Origin: a candidate division FCPU426 bacterium | GTDB lineage: Bacteria > Oederibacteriota > Muellerivitia > Muellerivitales > Muellerivitaceae | DNA length: 64,000 nucleotides | Direction of reading: 5' to 3' | Assembly: GCA_963796105.1 (NCBI GenBank) | Contig: CAWCKJ010000004.1 | Coordinates: 1,536,001 to 1,600,000, forward strand | Shown here: piece after piece, positions 39,467-49,580 of the stretch | How positions within the stretch are numbered: the stretch's first letter is position 1 | Layout: each line of letters begins with the position of its first letter | The notes under the pieces: generated by a model | The model's database searches: none | The model's input: only the letters and a program-made list of their open reading frames with translations | Told to the model about the DNA's origin: nothing | Position numbers and translations under genes: made by a program

Positions 39467-40326
39467 GGAAAACAGAGTCCGTCTCCGTCATCATCCCGGC
39501 CTATAACGAGGAGGGGGCGGTCGCCAAGGTGGTCCAGTCGGTCCGGGGCCGACTTAAAAAAGCCGGGATGGATTTCGAGATCCTGGTAGTGGACGACGGA
39601 AGCACCGACCGGACCTCCCAGGAAGCGCGAAAAGCCGGCGCGCGGCTGGTTTCCATGGGTGAAAACCGGGGATACGGGGCTTCCCTCAAGGCCGGCATCC
39701 GCCAGTCCCGCCACAACCTGATCGCCATTATGGACGCGGATGGGACCTATCCCCCGGAGGAATTGCCGGAACTCATCCGATTGGTCCAGACGGCCGATAT
39801 GGCCGTGGGAGCCAGGATCAAACCCCTAGCCGCGATCCCTTTTCTTCGAAGATTTCCCAAGTGGGTCCTTGGAAAGTGGGCCAACTACCTGGCGGAAAGA
39901 AAGATCCCGGACTTGAACTCGGGGCTGAGGGTTTTCAGGAAAAATATCGCGGCCCGCTACGAGGGGCTCTTCCCGAACGGTTTTTCCTTCACGACCACCC
40001 TGACCTTGGCGCTGGAATGCCACGGGTATATCGTCAAATACCATCCCATCAATTACCGCGTCAGGATCGGTTCCTCCAAAATCAGGCCATTTCAGGACAC
40101 GATTAACTTCTTTTCCCTTGTTTTAAGGGTGGTCATGTATTTTAAACCCTTGAAGATTTTCATCCCCCTGAGCGCTATGATCCTATTGAGCGGGGTTGTC
40201 AGCGGGGTTTTGTCCTACTCCCGCGTCCAGGCAGTCAACGGCATGTCCATGTTCTTGCTGGTGGCGGGACTTCAAATCGCCGCGTTAGGGCTTTTGGCGG
40301 ATCTGCTGGTGAAAAGGGGGAGATAA
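39463..40326 (+). CDS. Glycosyltransferase family 2 (polyprenol-phosphate type)
   Basis: IIPAYNEE, VDDGSTD, NRGYG, MDADG, C-terminal TMs. Confidence 0.92.
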   Translation: MRKTESVSVIIPAYNEEGAVAKVVQSVRGRLKKAGMDFEILVVDDGSTDRTSQEARKAGARLVSMGENRGYGASLKAGIRQSRHNLIAIMDADGTYPPEELPELIRLVQTADMAVGARIKPLAAIPFLRRFPKWVLGKWANYLAERKIPDLNSGLRVFRKNIAARYEGLFPNGFSFTTTLTLALECHGYIVKYHPINYRVRIGSSKIRPFQDTINFFSLVLRVVMYFKPLKIFIPLSAMILLSGVVSGVLSYSRVQAVNGMSMFLLVAGLQIAALGLLADLLVKRGR

Positions 40327-40329
40327 ACC

Positions 40330-41748
40330 ATGAAGGTATTGCTGGTCAATCCCCCCAGTGAAAACATGATCACCACCAACATCCCCTCGGTCGTGGACGA
40401 GGAGAGGGGATTCAACCCGCCCCTGGGCCTCCTTTACGTTGCGGCCTACGCCAAGGCGAATACCCGCCATGAGATTCTTGTCCTGGATTGCCAGGTCGAG
40501 GAGGTTTCCCAGGACGAGGTGGAAGGCCGCATCCGCGAAATCAATCCCGACGTGGTCGGCATTCAAACCCTCACCTTCACCGTCCTGGACGCGCGTCTGG
40601 TGGCGAAGGCCGCCAAGAGGGCCAACCCCGCCTGCAAGGTCGTCCTGGGCGGGCCTCATGTCCATATTTACGCCCGCGAGACCCTCGCCATGCAGGAGGT
40701 GGATTTCGCGGTCAAGGGCGAGGGGGAAATCGCCTTCACCCAGCTTCTCTCGGCCCTGGAGGGGATGACCCCGATGGAACAGGTGTTCGGGCTGGCTTAC
40801 CGCGACGCCTCCACCGGGCAGGTCAAGGATAACCCCCCGGCCCCGCCGATGGAGGACCTGGACCACCTGCCCTACCCCGCCAGGGAATTGACCCCGATAC
40901 ACAAGTATTACTCCATCCTCGCCAAGCACAATCCCATCACCACCATGTTCACGAGCAGGGGCTGCCCCTACCGCTGTCTATTCTGCGACCGTCCCACCAT
41001 GGGCCGGAGGTTCCGGAGCCACTCGGCGGTGGCCGTGGTCGACGAGATGACGGCCTGCGTGAAAATGGGGATCCGCGAGTTTTTCATCTACGACGACACT
41101 TTCAACGTGAACCGCAAGAGGGTTTTCGAGATATGCGGGGAGATCAAGCGCCGCAAACTGGAGATCGCATTCGACATCCGCGCCCGGGCGGACCGGATGG
41201 ACGAGGAGATGCTCAAGGAGCTTGCCTCGGCCGGATGCGACCGCATCCACTACGGCGTGGAATCCGGGAACGAGGAAGTCCTCGAGACCCTCTTGAAGGA
41301 CTTGAACCTGGACCAGGTCCGGGAGGTCTTCAAGGCCACGCGCAAACACGGCATGAAAACCCTGGCTTACTTCATGATCGGCAATCCGGGCGAGACCCGG
41401 GCCATGGCCCTGAAAACCATCGAGTTCGCGAAGGAACTGGATCCGGATTACGTGCACTTTTCCGTCCTCACCCCTTTCCCGGCCACGGCCATATATTACA
41501 AGGCCCTGGAAGAGGGGCGCTTCGACCACGATTATTGGGCGGAGTTTGCCAAGAATCCTACCCCCGATTTCAAGCCCCGCTTGTGGGAGGAATTCATGAC
41601 GCGGGAGGAATTGATCGCCTTGCTGAAGGAGGCCTATAAGTCCTTCTACCTCCGTCCGAAAATCCTCATGAAAAATATGGCCAGCACCCATTCCGCGCTC
41701 GATCTTTTTCGAAAAGCCCGTGTGGGATTCAAAATGCTTCGGATATAA
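40330..41748 (+). CDS. B12-binding radical SAM protein
   Basis: PPLGLLYVA, GGPH, GEGE, SRGCPYRCLFC (CxxxCxxC), DDTF, GVESG. Confidence 0.93.
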   Translation: MKVLLVNPPSENMITTNIPSVVDEERGFNPPLGLLYVAAYAKANTRHEILVLDCQVEEVSQDEVEGRIREINPDVVGIQTLTFTVLDARLVAKAAKRANPACKVVLGGPHVHIYARETLAMQEVDFAVKGEGEIAFTQLLSALEGMTPMEQVFGLAYRDASTGQVKDNPPAPPMEDLDHLPYPARELTPIHKYYSILAKHNPITTMFTSRGCPYRCLFCDRPTMGRRFRSHSAVAVVDEMTACVKMGIREFFIYDDTFNVNRKRVFEICGEIKRRKLEIAFDIRARADRMDEEMLKELASAGCDRIHYGVESGNEEVLETLLKDLNLDQVREVFKATRKHGMKTLAYFMIGNPGETRAMALKTIEFAKELDPDYVHFSVLTPFPATAIYYKALEEGRFDHDYWAEFAKNPTPDFKPRLWEEFMTREELIALLKEAYKSFYLRPKILMKNMASTHSALDLFRKARVGFKMLRI

Positions 41749-41854
41749 TCTTCTGCGATGTCCCGACCCGTCTCCTGGCGCTTAAGATTGGGTTTTCCGT
41801 ATTTCCGGGACAATCAAGACGGGTTCATATTTCTTAAAAGGAATTTATAAAACC

Positions 41855-42814
41855 ATGCGACGCTATCTGCCCATTGTAATCGGCCTTTTGTTATTCGGAT
41901 GGGTCCTGACCAAAGTCAACCTGCCCGACACGATGGTCTACTTGAAAAAAGCCGATTGGAAGCTTCTCTTCCTGGCCCTGATCTGCTTTCTCGTCATGGT
42001 TTACATCAAGGGGATCCGCTGGAGCTTCCTCCTGAGGATGCAGTCGGCGCGCTACTCAATCTGGAATTGCTTCCTGATCTACATGTCGACCTTGTTTTGG
42101 GGAAATTTCACCCCTGGCCGGGCTGGTGATTTTTTCAAGGTCTTTTACCTGAGGGAGGATTTGAAATTTTCAACCGGAACAGGCATGGCCAGCGTCCTGG
42201 TGGACCGGGTGTTCGATTTGTACCTGCTTCTCGTCCTGGGAGGTCTGGGAATCCTCGTTTATCCCATGCCGGCGGACCCGACCTCCCTCAAGATGATCCT
42301 TGCGGTAAAAGTGCTTTTTGGGGTCCTCATCGTCCTCACGCTTTTGGCCTTCAACAAGAAAATCGGGGAGGTTTTCCTGAAGGCGGCTTTCCAGCGCCTC
42401 CTGAAGCAGGAGCACCGGGAAAAGACGGACAAGCTTTTCGAGGATTTCCACAAGGGAATGGCCTCTTTTTACAAGCCCGCCATCCTGGTTCCGGCTCTCC
42501 TTTCCCTGGCTTCCTATGTCTCCTTCTTCTGGGGCTGTTACATGATCGCGCTCTCCATCGGGATTCCCGTCAACCTCTTTTACCTTTCCTTCTGCGTTTC
42601 CGTGGTGAACATCGTGTCCCTCCTGACTTTCCTGGGCATGGGGACCAGGGAAGCGGCCTTGATTTTTCTTTTTGCCCTGGTGTCCGTCACCAAGGACCAG
42701 GCCCTGGCTTACTCGCTTCTGCTTTTATTCGTGGGGAACATTCTCTTCAACCTCTTGGGCCTGGTTTGTTTTTACCTGAAACCCATCCGGATCAAGGGAC
42801 TGACCCTCTCCTAA
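41855..42814 (+). CDS. Lysylphosphatidylglycerol synthase TM / flippase-like protein
   Basis: RW..LL, PGRAGDFFK, VDRVFD, GMGTRE. Confidence 0.85.
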   Translation: MRRYLPIVIGLLLFGWVLTKVNLPDTMVYLKKADWKLLFLALICFLVMVYIKGIRWSFLLRMQSARYSIWNCFLIYMSTLFWGNFTPGRAGDFFKVFYLREDLKFSTGTGMASVLVDRVFDLYLLLVLGGLGILVYPMPADPTSLKMILAVKVLFGVLIVLTLLAFNKKIGEVFLKAAFQRLLKQEHREKTDKLFEDFHKGMASFYKPAILVPALLSLASYVSFFWGCYMIALSIGIPVNLFYLSFCVSVVNIVSLLTFLGMGTREAALIFLFALVSVTKDQALAYSLLLLFVGNILFNLLGLVCFYLKPIRIKGLTLS

Positions 42815-42835
42815 TTCGAGAGCAAGACTGGAACG

Positions 42836-43597
42836 ATGGCCAAAATCATCTGCGTCACTAATCAAAAAGGCGGGGTCGGCAAAACCACCACGACCGTCAA
42901 CCTGGCCGCCTGCCTCGCGGCCCTGGAGAGAAAAACCCTGCTGGTGGACATGGACCCCCAGGGAAATTCCACCAGCGGGGTCGGCCTGGCGAAAAACGAC
43001 TATGAGACCAACATCTACCAGGTCTTGATGGGGGAGGCGGACATCCTGGGGGTGGTCAAAACCACTGAGTTAAAAAAGCTTTTTTGCCTTCCCTCCAACG
43101 GCCATTTGACCGGGGCCGAGGTGGAGCTGGTTGGCATGGAAGAGCGGGAAACCAGGCTGAAAAAGGCCCTGGCCCAGGTCCAGGACGAGTATGAGTACAT
43201 CCTCATCGATTGCCCCCCCTCCCTTGGTTTCTTGACGCTCAACGCCCTGACCGCGGCCCATTCGGTCCTGATTCCCATCCAGAGCGAGTATTACGCCCTG
43301 GAGGGCTTGAGCTCCCTCATGGAAACCGTGGAGCGCGTCCGGGAAAGCTTGAACCCGAACCTTGAAATCGAGGGGGCGCTATTGACCATGGTGGATTCCA
43401 GGACCCGCATCTCCTCCCAGGTTTCCGACGAGGTTCGAAAGTTCTTCGGGAAAAAGGTGTACAATACGATGATTCCCCGGAACGTCCAGCTTTCCGAGTC
43501 GCCCTCTTTCGGAAAACCCATCATCCTTTACGATATCCGGTCCAGCGGGGCCCAAGCCTATCTCAATCTCACCAAGGAGGTCGTCCGCAATGGTTAA
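42836..43597 (+). CDS. parA: Chromosome partitioning ATPase ParA/Soj
   Basis: NQKGGVGKTTT, DMDPQGN, IDCPPSLG, IPRNVQLSESPSFG. Confidence 0.96.
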   Translation: MAKIICVTNQKGGVGKTTTTVNLAACLAALERKTLLVDMDPQGNSTSGVGLAKNDYETNIYQVLMGEADILGVVKTTELKKLFCLPSNGHLTGAEVELVGMEERETRLKKALAQVQDEYEYILIDCPPSLGFLTLNALTAAHSVLIPIQSEYYALEGLSSLMETVERVRESLNPNLEIEGALLTMVDSRTRISSQVSDEVRKFFGKKVYNTMIPRNVQLSESPSFGKPIILYDIRSSGAQAYLNLTKEVVRNG

Positions 43598-44450
43598 GAA
43601 AGCCCTCGGCCGCGGTTTGGAAGCCTTGATACCCAAAAAGGCCCCGGAGGATAAAAAAGGCCAAGCCCTGCAGATTCCCCTTTCCCTCATCAAACCCAAC
43701 CCCTTTCAACCCCGGAAAATTTTCCGGCCGGAAGACCTTCAGGAATTGATCCATTCCATCCGGGAAAAGGGCGTCCTCCAGCCCATCCTGACTCGGAAAA
43801 AAGGGGACCATTGGGAGATCATCGCGGGGGAGCGCCGCTTCCGCGCCGCCCAGAAACTGGGCATGCTCACGGTCCCGGCGGTGGAGGTCCAGGTCTCCGA
43901 CGTCGAGGCCCTGGAAATGGCCCTGGTGGAGAATCTCCAACGCACCGACCTGTCCCCACTGGAGGAGGCCGCGGGTTACCAAAGGCTCCAGGACGAGTTC
44001 AACATGACCCAGGAGCAGATCGCCCAGAAGGTCGGCAAGGACCGGGCCACCGTGGCCAATACACTGCGCTTGTTGAAGCTGACGGCCGAGGTGCAGTCCA
44101 TGCTTTCCTCGGGCCAAATCACCGCGGGCCACGCGCGCGTTCTCGCTGCCCTTTCCAACCCGCAGGAACAATTGAAATGGGCGAAAAAAATTTCTCAGCA
44201 AGGACTCCCGGTCAGGGACGTCGAGAAATGGCTGCAAAACCAAAAGGGCACGACGCGAAAAACAAAAACCTCGGGCGGTTTAAAAGACCCCAATTTGACA
44301 AAATTGGAGGAAAACCTCCGCAACTGGCTCGGCACGAAAGTTTCCATCCGGACCTCCGGAAAACAAAAGGGAACTATTTCCTTCGAGTATTATTCCCTGG
44401 ACGATCTGGACCGGATCTTGAATATGTTCCGCAAATCCGGGTATCGTTGA
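43590..44450 (+). CDS. parB: Chromosome partitioning protein ParB/Spo0J
   Basis: LGRGL, NPFQPR, AGERRFRA, ENLQR, HTH. Confidence 0.96.
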   Translation: MVKKALGRGLEALIPKKAPEDKKGQALQIPLSLIKPNPFQPRKIFRPEDLQELIHSIREKGVLQPILTRKKGDHWEIIAGERRFRAAQKLGMLTVPAVEVQVSDVEALEMALVENLQRTDLSPLEEAAGYQRLQDEFNMTQEQIAQKVGKDRATVANTLRLLKLTAEVQSMLSSGQITAGHARVLAALSNPQEQLKWAKKISQQGLPVRDVEKWLQNQKGTTRKTKTSGGLKDPNLTKLEENLRNWLGTKVSIRTSGKQKGTISFEYYSLDDLDRILNMFRKSGYR

Positions 44451-44542
44451 CATTCAAAGTGGATGTGTTAAATTATTTTATGAAGGAAATATTTGTTTGG
44501 GTTTGATCCCTTCCTTAATCCAACTTTTTTAAGGAGTGAAAA

Positions 44543-44827
44543 GTGCCCCAGACCGCGGCAGAAATCGTCGCTAAAAAAATCGAAGCTGAAACCAAACGAC
44601 TCGCTCCCCAGGCCGTCTTCCGGGCTGATTACGGCAACTACCATGATGACGGGGTCGATATTTACCTGTATGCGCCCCGGAAGGTTTCCGACATGCTCAG
44701 GGGCAGGCTGAAGGGCTTGATGGATGGGGAATTGAGAAGGGTGAAAAACGTGCGCGCCCGGTTGATCATGGAAGACATCGAGAACATGACCGAGGAAGCG
44801 AAGAGGAAATACGGGGTTCCTGTTTAA
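44543..44827 (+). CDS. Hypothetical protein
   Basis: AAGGAG RBS + GTG start; 94 aa. Confidence 0.65.
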   Translation: MPQTAAEIVAKKIEAETKRLAPQAVFRADYGNYHDDGVDIYLYAPRKVSDMLRGRLKGLMDGELRRVKNVRARLIMEDIENMTEEAKRKYGVPV

Positions 44828-45068
44828 CCATTCCTAAAAACGTTTCCCGCTTCAGCCCTGAAAATCCTTCAAAAAATGTCTTTATGAACCATTTTTTATT
44901 TATTCTTGTTCCTCCAACCGGTTCTTCGCTTGAAAAACACCTTCATTTAGGCTCCCGAAGGGGGCCTTGACTCTGTGCTCAGGGGGGGTAACATGCCCCC
45001 GTTCCTTGCTTTTACATTGGAAAATATTCAGGCTGCGGCCTTAATTCATAATCTCGAAAGATTTCAAA

Positions 45069-47846
45069 ATGCCTAAACCCCGTTTATTCCTCCTGGATGG
45101 CGCCGCGGTAGCCTACCGGGCCTATTTCGCCTTCATCAAAAATCCCCTTACCAACGCCAACGGATTGAACACCTCGGCGGTGTTCGGTTTTTTGAACATC
45201 CTGCTCACCTTGCTGGAAAAGGAAAAACCGGAATTCTTTTCCGTGATTTTTGACTCCCGGGAGCCCACCTTCCGGCACAAGCGCTACAAGGAGTACAAGG
45301 CCACCAGGGAGAAGATGCCGGAGGACATGGCCGAGTCCCTACCTTATATCGACAAGGTGGTCAAAGCCTTGAACATACCGTCTTTGGTCCTTCCCGGTTT
45401 CGAGGCGGATGACCTGATCGGAACCCTGGTAACCAGGACTAAAAAAGAAGATATCCAAAGTTTTATCGTTTCCGGGGACAAGGATTTCATGCAGCTCATC
45501 GGCCCCGATGTGAAGATGTACAACCCAAAGAAACCCGACGACATGGTGATCGTGGACGAGAAGGGAGTTCTGGAAAAATTCGGGGTGAGGCCCGACCAGG
45601 TCATCGACGTTCTGGCCCTCATGGGGGACGCCTCCGACAACGTGCCGGGGGTTCCCGGCATCGGGGAGAAAACCGCCTCAGTTCTCATCAACGAGTTCGG
45701 CTCGCTGGACAACCTGTACCAGAACGTTAACAAGGTTTCCAAGCCCAAATTGAGGGAAACCCTCCTGAAAAACAAACCCTTGGCGGAACTTTCCAAAGAG
45801 CTGGTCACCATCGAGTGCGCGGTGCCGATCAAGGAAAAGCTGGAGGACTTGGTTTGCGGCAAGCCGGACATGGAGGAGATCAAGAAACTCTTCAAGGAAT
45901 TGGAGTTCAACCGGTTGCTGTCCCGCGTGGAGCGATACTCGGACGGCCTCCAGGGGGGGGCGGAGAAAAAAGAAAAAGCGGAACCGAAGCAGAAAGTCAA
46001 AAAGGAAAAGGCGCCTGAGGGGGACTTCGTTCCGGAGATCAAGATCGTCTCCTCTAAGTACAAGGCACTCCTCACCCCGGAGGCGATCCAGGAGGCGTTG
46101 GACTCCGCCGCGAAAGCGGGGGAGGCGGCGGTGGACACCGAAACGACCGGCCTGGACCCCTTGTCCGCGGAACTGGTGGGCGTTTCCCTGGCCTGGAAAG
46201 AGAAGGAAGCGGTATTCATTCCCCTCAACCAGGAACTGGGGAGGGACAAGGTCCTGAAGATCCTCAAGCCGTTCCTGGAAAACCCGAAAATCAGGAAGGG
46301 CGGACAAAACAGCAAGTATGACTGGGCGGTCTTCAAGACCCACGGCATCGAGCCCCAGGGATTCGCCTTCGACACCATGGTGGAAAGCTACCTGCTGGAT
46401 TCCTCCAGCCGCCAGCACAACCTGGACGCGATGGCGCTCAAGCATTTCAACTACACCAAGATTCCCACCGAGGCCGTGATCGGAAGCGGCAAGAGGCAGA
46501 TCACGATGGACAAGGTTCCCCTGGAGGCCATCACCCAATACGCCTGCGAGGACGCGGACTTCACTTTCCGGGCCCACGCCCTTTTCTCGCCCCGCGTCAA
46601 ACAAGAGGGTTTGGAGCAGCTTTACCAGGAGGTGGAACTGCCCCTGGTGATGGTCCTGGGGGACATGGTGCGCCGGGGAATCTCGATTGACGTGAAACTG
46701 CTCCAGAAACTGTCGGCTGAAGCCGGGGAAGAGCTGGAAAAGCTCACCAAAAAGATCTTCAAGGAAGCGGGCGAGGAGTTCAACATCGGGTCACCCCAGC
46801 AATTGGGAAAAATCCTGTTCGAGAAAATGCAGGTGCAAAAGATCTCAGGCACCAGGGTGAAGAAGACCAAGACAGGCTATGCCACCGACGTGGACGTGCT
46901 AGAGTCCCTCAAGGGCATCGCGGTGGCGGACATGCTTTTGGATTTCAGGCAAATTTCCAAGTTGAAAAACACCTACCTGGACGTCTTGCCCACGCTGGTC
47001 CATCCCCAGGACGGCCGCATCCACACCTCCTACAACCAGACGGTGGCCGCCACGGGCCGGCTTTCCTCCACCGACCCCAACTTGCAGAACATACCCATCC
47101 GATCGGAATTCGGCCGGAAGATCCGCGCGGCTTTCGTGGCGGAGGGCGGCCAGATGACGCTTATCTCGGCCGACTACTCCCAGATTGAGTTGAGGGTTTT
47201 GGCGCACATCACCGAGGACCCGAATTTGATCGAGACTTTCCAGAACGAGGAGGACGTCCATGCCCGCACCGCCTCGCTGATCTTCGGGGTGCCATTGGAA
47301 AAGGTCACGCCGGGGCAGAGAAGCCAGGCCAAGACCATCAATTTCGGGGTCATCTACGGCATGGGTCCCCAGCGCCTCGCCAGGGAGAACGGCGTTTCCA
47401 TGGTTGAGGCCAAGAAATTCATCGAGGATTATTTCGCCAAGTACCCGGGCATCCAGAAATTCACCACCGAGCAGGTGGAATTGGCCAAGAAACAGAATTA
47501 CGTCTCGACCATCCTGGGAAGAAAAAGACACATCCCGGAAATCCACTCCGCCAACATCGGGCTTCGGATCAACGCGGAACACATGGCTGTGAACACGCCC
47601 ATCCAGGGGTCGGCCGCGGACCTTATCAAGGTGGCCATGGTGCGGTTGCATGAGAAACTGAAACAGAAGAAAATGAAAACCGCAATGCTTCTGCAGGTGC
47701 ATGACGAGTTGGTTTTCGAGGCGCCCAAGAACGAGGCCGAGGACGCCAAGAAAATGATCGTCCATGAGATGGAAAACGCCATGAAACTGAAAGTACCCCT
47801 CAAAGTGGATGTGGGTACCGGCAGGACCTGGCTGGAAGCCCACTAA
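45069..47846 (+). CDS. polA: DNA polymerase I
   Basis: EADD, GDASDNVPGVPGIG, DTETTG exonuclease, ADYSQIELR, AKTINFG, LQVHDEL. Confidence 0.98.
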   Translation: MPKPRLFLLDGAAVAYRAYFAFIKNPLTNANGLNTSAVFGFLNILLTLLEKEKPEFFSVIFDSREPTFRHKRYKEYKATREKMPEDMAESLPYIDKVVKALNIPSLVLPGFEADDLIGTLVTRTKKEDIQSFIVSGDKDFMQLIGPDVKMYNPKKPDDMVIVDEKGVLEKFGVRPDQVIDVLALMGDASDNVPGVPGIGEKTASVLINEFGSLDNLYQNVNKVSKPKLRETLLKNKPLAELSKELVTIECAVPIKEKLEDLVCGKPDMEEIKKLFKELEFNRLLSRVERYSDGLQGGAEKKEKAEPKQKVKKEKAPEGDFVPEIKIVSSKYKALLTPEAIQEALDSAAKAGEAAVDTETTGLDPLSAELVGVSLAWKEKEAVFIPLNQELGRDKVLKILKPFLENPKIRKGGQNSKYDWAVFKTHGIEPQGFAFDTMVESYLLDSSSRQHNLDAMALKHFNYTKIPTEAVIGSGKRQITMDKVPLEAITQYACEDADFTFRAHALFSPRVKQEGLEQLYQEVELPLVMVLGDMVRRGISIDVKLLQKLSAEAGEELEKLTKKIFKEAGEEFNIGSPQQLGKILFEKMQVQKISGTRVKKTKTGYATDVDVLESLKGIAVADMLLDFRQISKLKNTYLDVLPTLVHPQDGRIHTSYNQTVAATGRLSSTDPNLQNIPIRSEFGRKIRAAFVAEGGQMTLISADYSQIELRVLAHITEDPNLIETFQNEEDVHARTASLIFGVPLEKVTPGQRSQAKTINFGVIYGMGPQRLARENGVSMVEAKKFIEDYFAKYPGIQKFTTEQVELAKKQNYVSTILGRKRHIPEIHSANIGLRINAEHMAVNTPIQGSAADLIKVAMVRLHEKLKQKKMKTAMLLQVHDELVFEAPKNEAEDAKKMIVHEMENAMKLKVPLKVDVGTGRTWLEAH

Positions 47847-47971
47847 GCGGTCTGGGTATCAAAATCGCAAACTCTCGACGTTGGGGGATAGATGTTTTCG
47901 GGTAATGGTTTGTGGAATATAATGAGCACATTTCTGGGCCGCATATTCGTGGGATATTTTGGGGGAAACCC

Positions 47972-48295
47972 GTGGGAATCAATGAGGACGTCGTAAAAAA
48001 AATAGTCAGGCGCATTCTTAAGGTTTATAAAGCCGATAAGATTATCCTTTTCGGATCAGCCGCGACCAACCGTATGCTTCCTGATAGCGACATTGATTTA
48101 TTAATCGTCAAGAAGGGCGTTAAGGACGCGCTTAGCGAAAGCGTCAAGATCGACACCGCTTTGAATGGCTTGGGTTATCCTTTCGACGTCATCGTCATGC
48201 CCCTGGAAAGGTTCGAGGAAACCAAGAACCATATCGGGGGTCTTGCTTTCCCCGCCAACAAGTACGGCAAAGTCATTTATGCCAAAACAGCCTGA
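47972..48295 (+). CDS. Minimal nucleotidyltransferase (MNT)
   Basis: IILFGS...DSDIDLLIV; start codon uncertain (47912 or 47972). Confidence 0.88.
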   Translation: MGINEDVVKKIVRRILKVYKADKIILFGSAATNRMLPDSDIDLLIVKKGVKDALSESVKIDTALNGLGYPFDVIVMPLERFEETKNHIGGLAFPANKYGKVIYAKTA

Positions 48296-48686
48296 TAAAG
48301 TCACCCGAAAGCTTGTGGATGAATGGCTTCAAAAGGCTGATCCTGATATTCGCCTTGCGGAATTTCTCCTAGCTGAAAACACCCCTTTTTGGGATGCCAT
48401 CGCATTCCATTGCCAACAAGCCGCTGAAAAATACTTGAAAGCCTTCCTTGTCAGCCGGCAAATAGAATTTCCAAAGACCCATAACATCCGCGAATTATTG
48501 GGCTTTATCGCGAGCACCGATAAAAAGCTGGCTCAATACCTTAAGCCAACCACGGTATTGACGCCTTATGGGGTATTGGTTCGTTATCCCGACGATGCCC
48601 AGCGAGTCGATCCCAAGAAGGCCGCTATGGCCGTGGTTTTGGCCCAAAAGGTGGAAAAAAGCATTAAAAAGAAATTGAAACGTTAA
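48279..48686 (+). CDS. HEPN domain protein
   Basis: FHCQQAAEKYLKA, PKTHNI, RYP; overlaps MNT. Confidence 0.88.
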   Translation: MPKQPDKVTRKLVDEWLQKADPDIRLAEFLLAENTPFWDAIAFHCQQAAEKYLKAFLVSRQIEFPKTHNIRELLGFIASTDKKLAQYLKPTTVLTPYGVLVRYPDDAQRVDPKKAAMAVVLAQKVEKSIKKKLKR

Positions 48687-48747
48687 TTGGTCATTTCCTG
48701 AAAATAAAACCTCAATTAAAAACAGATTTTAATTGTTTAAGCGCTAA

Positions 48748-49572
48748 TCAATCCGCGTTTTTCATCCGGGTCGCGATGGAAATCAGGATCACGGCCATCC
48801 CGAAGAAACACACGATCGTCGCCCCCATGGGCCAATCCTTGACGTAGGACAAGGTGGAGCCCAGCAGGGAAACCACCAAGCCGATCCCCCAAGCCCAATA
48901 GAGCCTGTGATGTCCCTTGTGGCCCATCAAATTGGCGCAAACGACCGGCACGATCAGGAACGAAAATACCGCCAATACGCCCGACACGCGCACCGCGTCC
49001 GTCACCACGAACCCGAAAGCCATATAAAAGAGGAAATCCCACAGCTTGAGGGACAAGCCCTGGCTTTGGGCCAGCTTGGGGTCGGAGGAGCAAAGCATCA
49101 GGGTATGGTGCTTGCGGTAAAGGAAAATCCCGACCACAGCGTAAAAGGCCGCCATGATGGCGATATCCTTCCAGGTCACCCAGCCCAAGGCCTCCCCGCT
49201 CAAGGTTCCTTGCACGTGCTCGGCCCCGTGGGGCGAGTTGGCGAGCAGAAGAAGCGTCGTGGCGGTGGCGAAGGCGAAAGCGATCCCGATGAAGGCCTCT
49301 TGCAGGACCGAATGGTTCCGGTCCCAGAGGAAGCTGAATAGGGCCGCCCCCAGCAGGGTGAATCCGAAAGACCAGTAATAGGTGGCTGGATCGTGGGGCT
49401 CGGCTCCCAGGAGAAAAGCCACCGATTGGCCCAGGGCCGCGATCTGGGCCAGGGCCAGGTCCACGAAAATGACCCCCCGGGCCAGCACGTGCTGGCCCAA
49501 AGATGGAAGAATCAACACCAAGAGAAGGCACGCCAGCATCGGCAATGCCATGACCGAGAAGAAGTTAGACAT
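48748..49572 (-). CDS. Metal ABC transporter permease (ZnuB/ABC-3 type)
   Basis: HVLARGVIFVDLALAQIAALG, SGVLAVFSFLIVP, PMGATIV. Confidence 0.88.
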   Translation of the reverse strand: MSNFFSVMALPMLACLLLVLILPSLGQHVLARGVIFVDLALAQIAALGQSVAFLLGAEPHDPATYYWSFGFTLLGAALFSFLWDRNHSVLQEAFIGIAFAFATATTLLLLANSPHGAEHVQGTLSGEALGWVTWKDIAIMAAFYAVVGIFLYRKHHTLMLCSSDPKLAQSQGLSLKLWDFLFYMAFGFVVTDAVRVSGVLAVFSFLIVPVVCANLMGHKGHHRLYWAWGIGLVVSLLGSTLSYVKDWPMGATIVCFFGMAVILISIATRMKNAD

Positions 49573-49580
49573 GGTTTACC

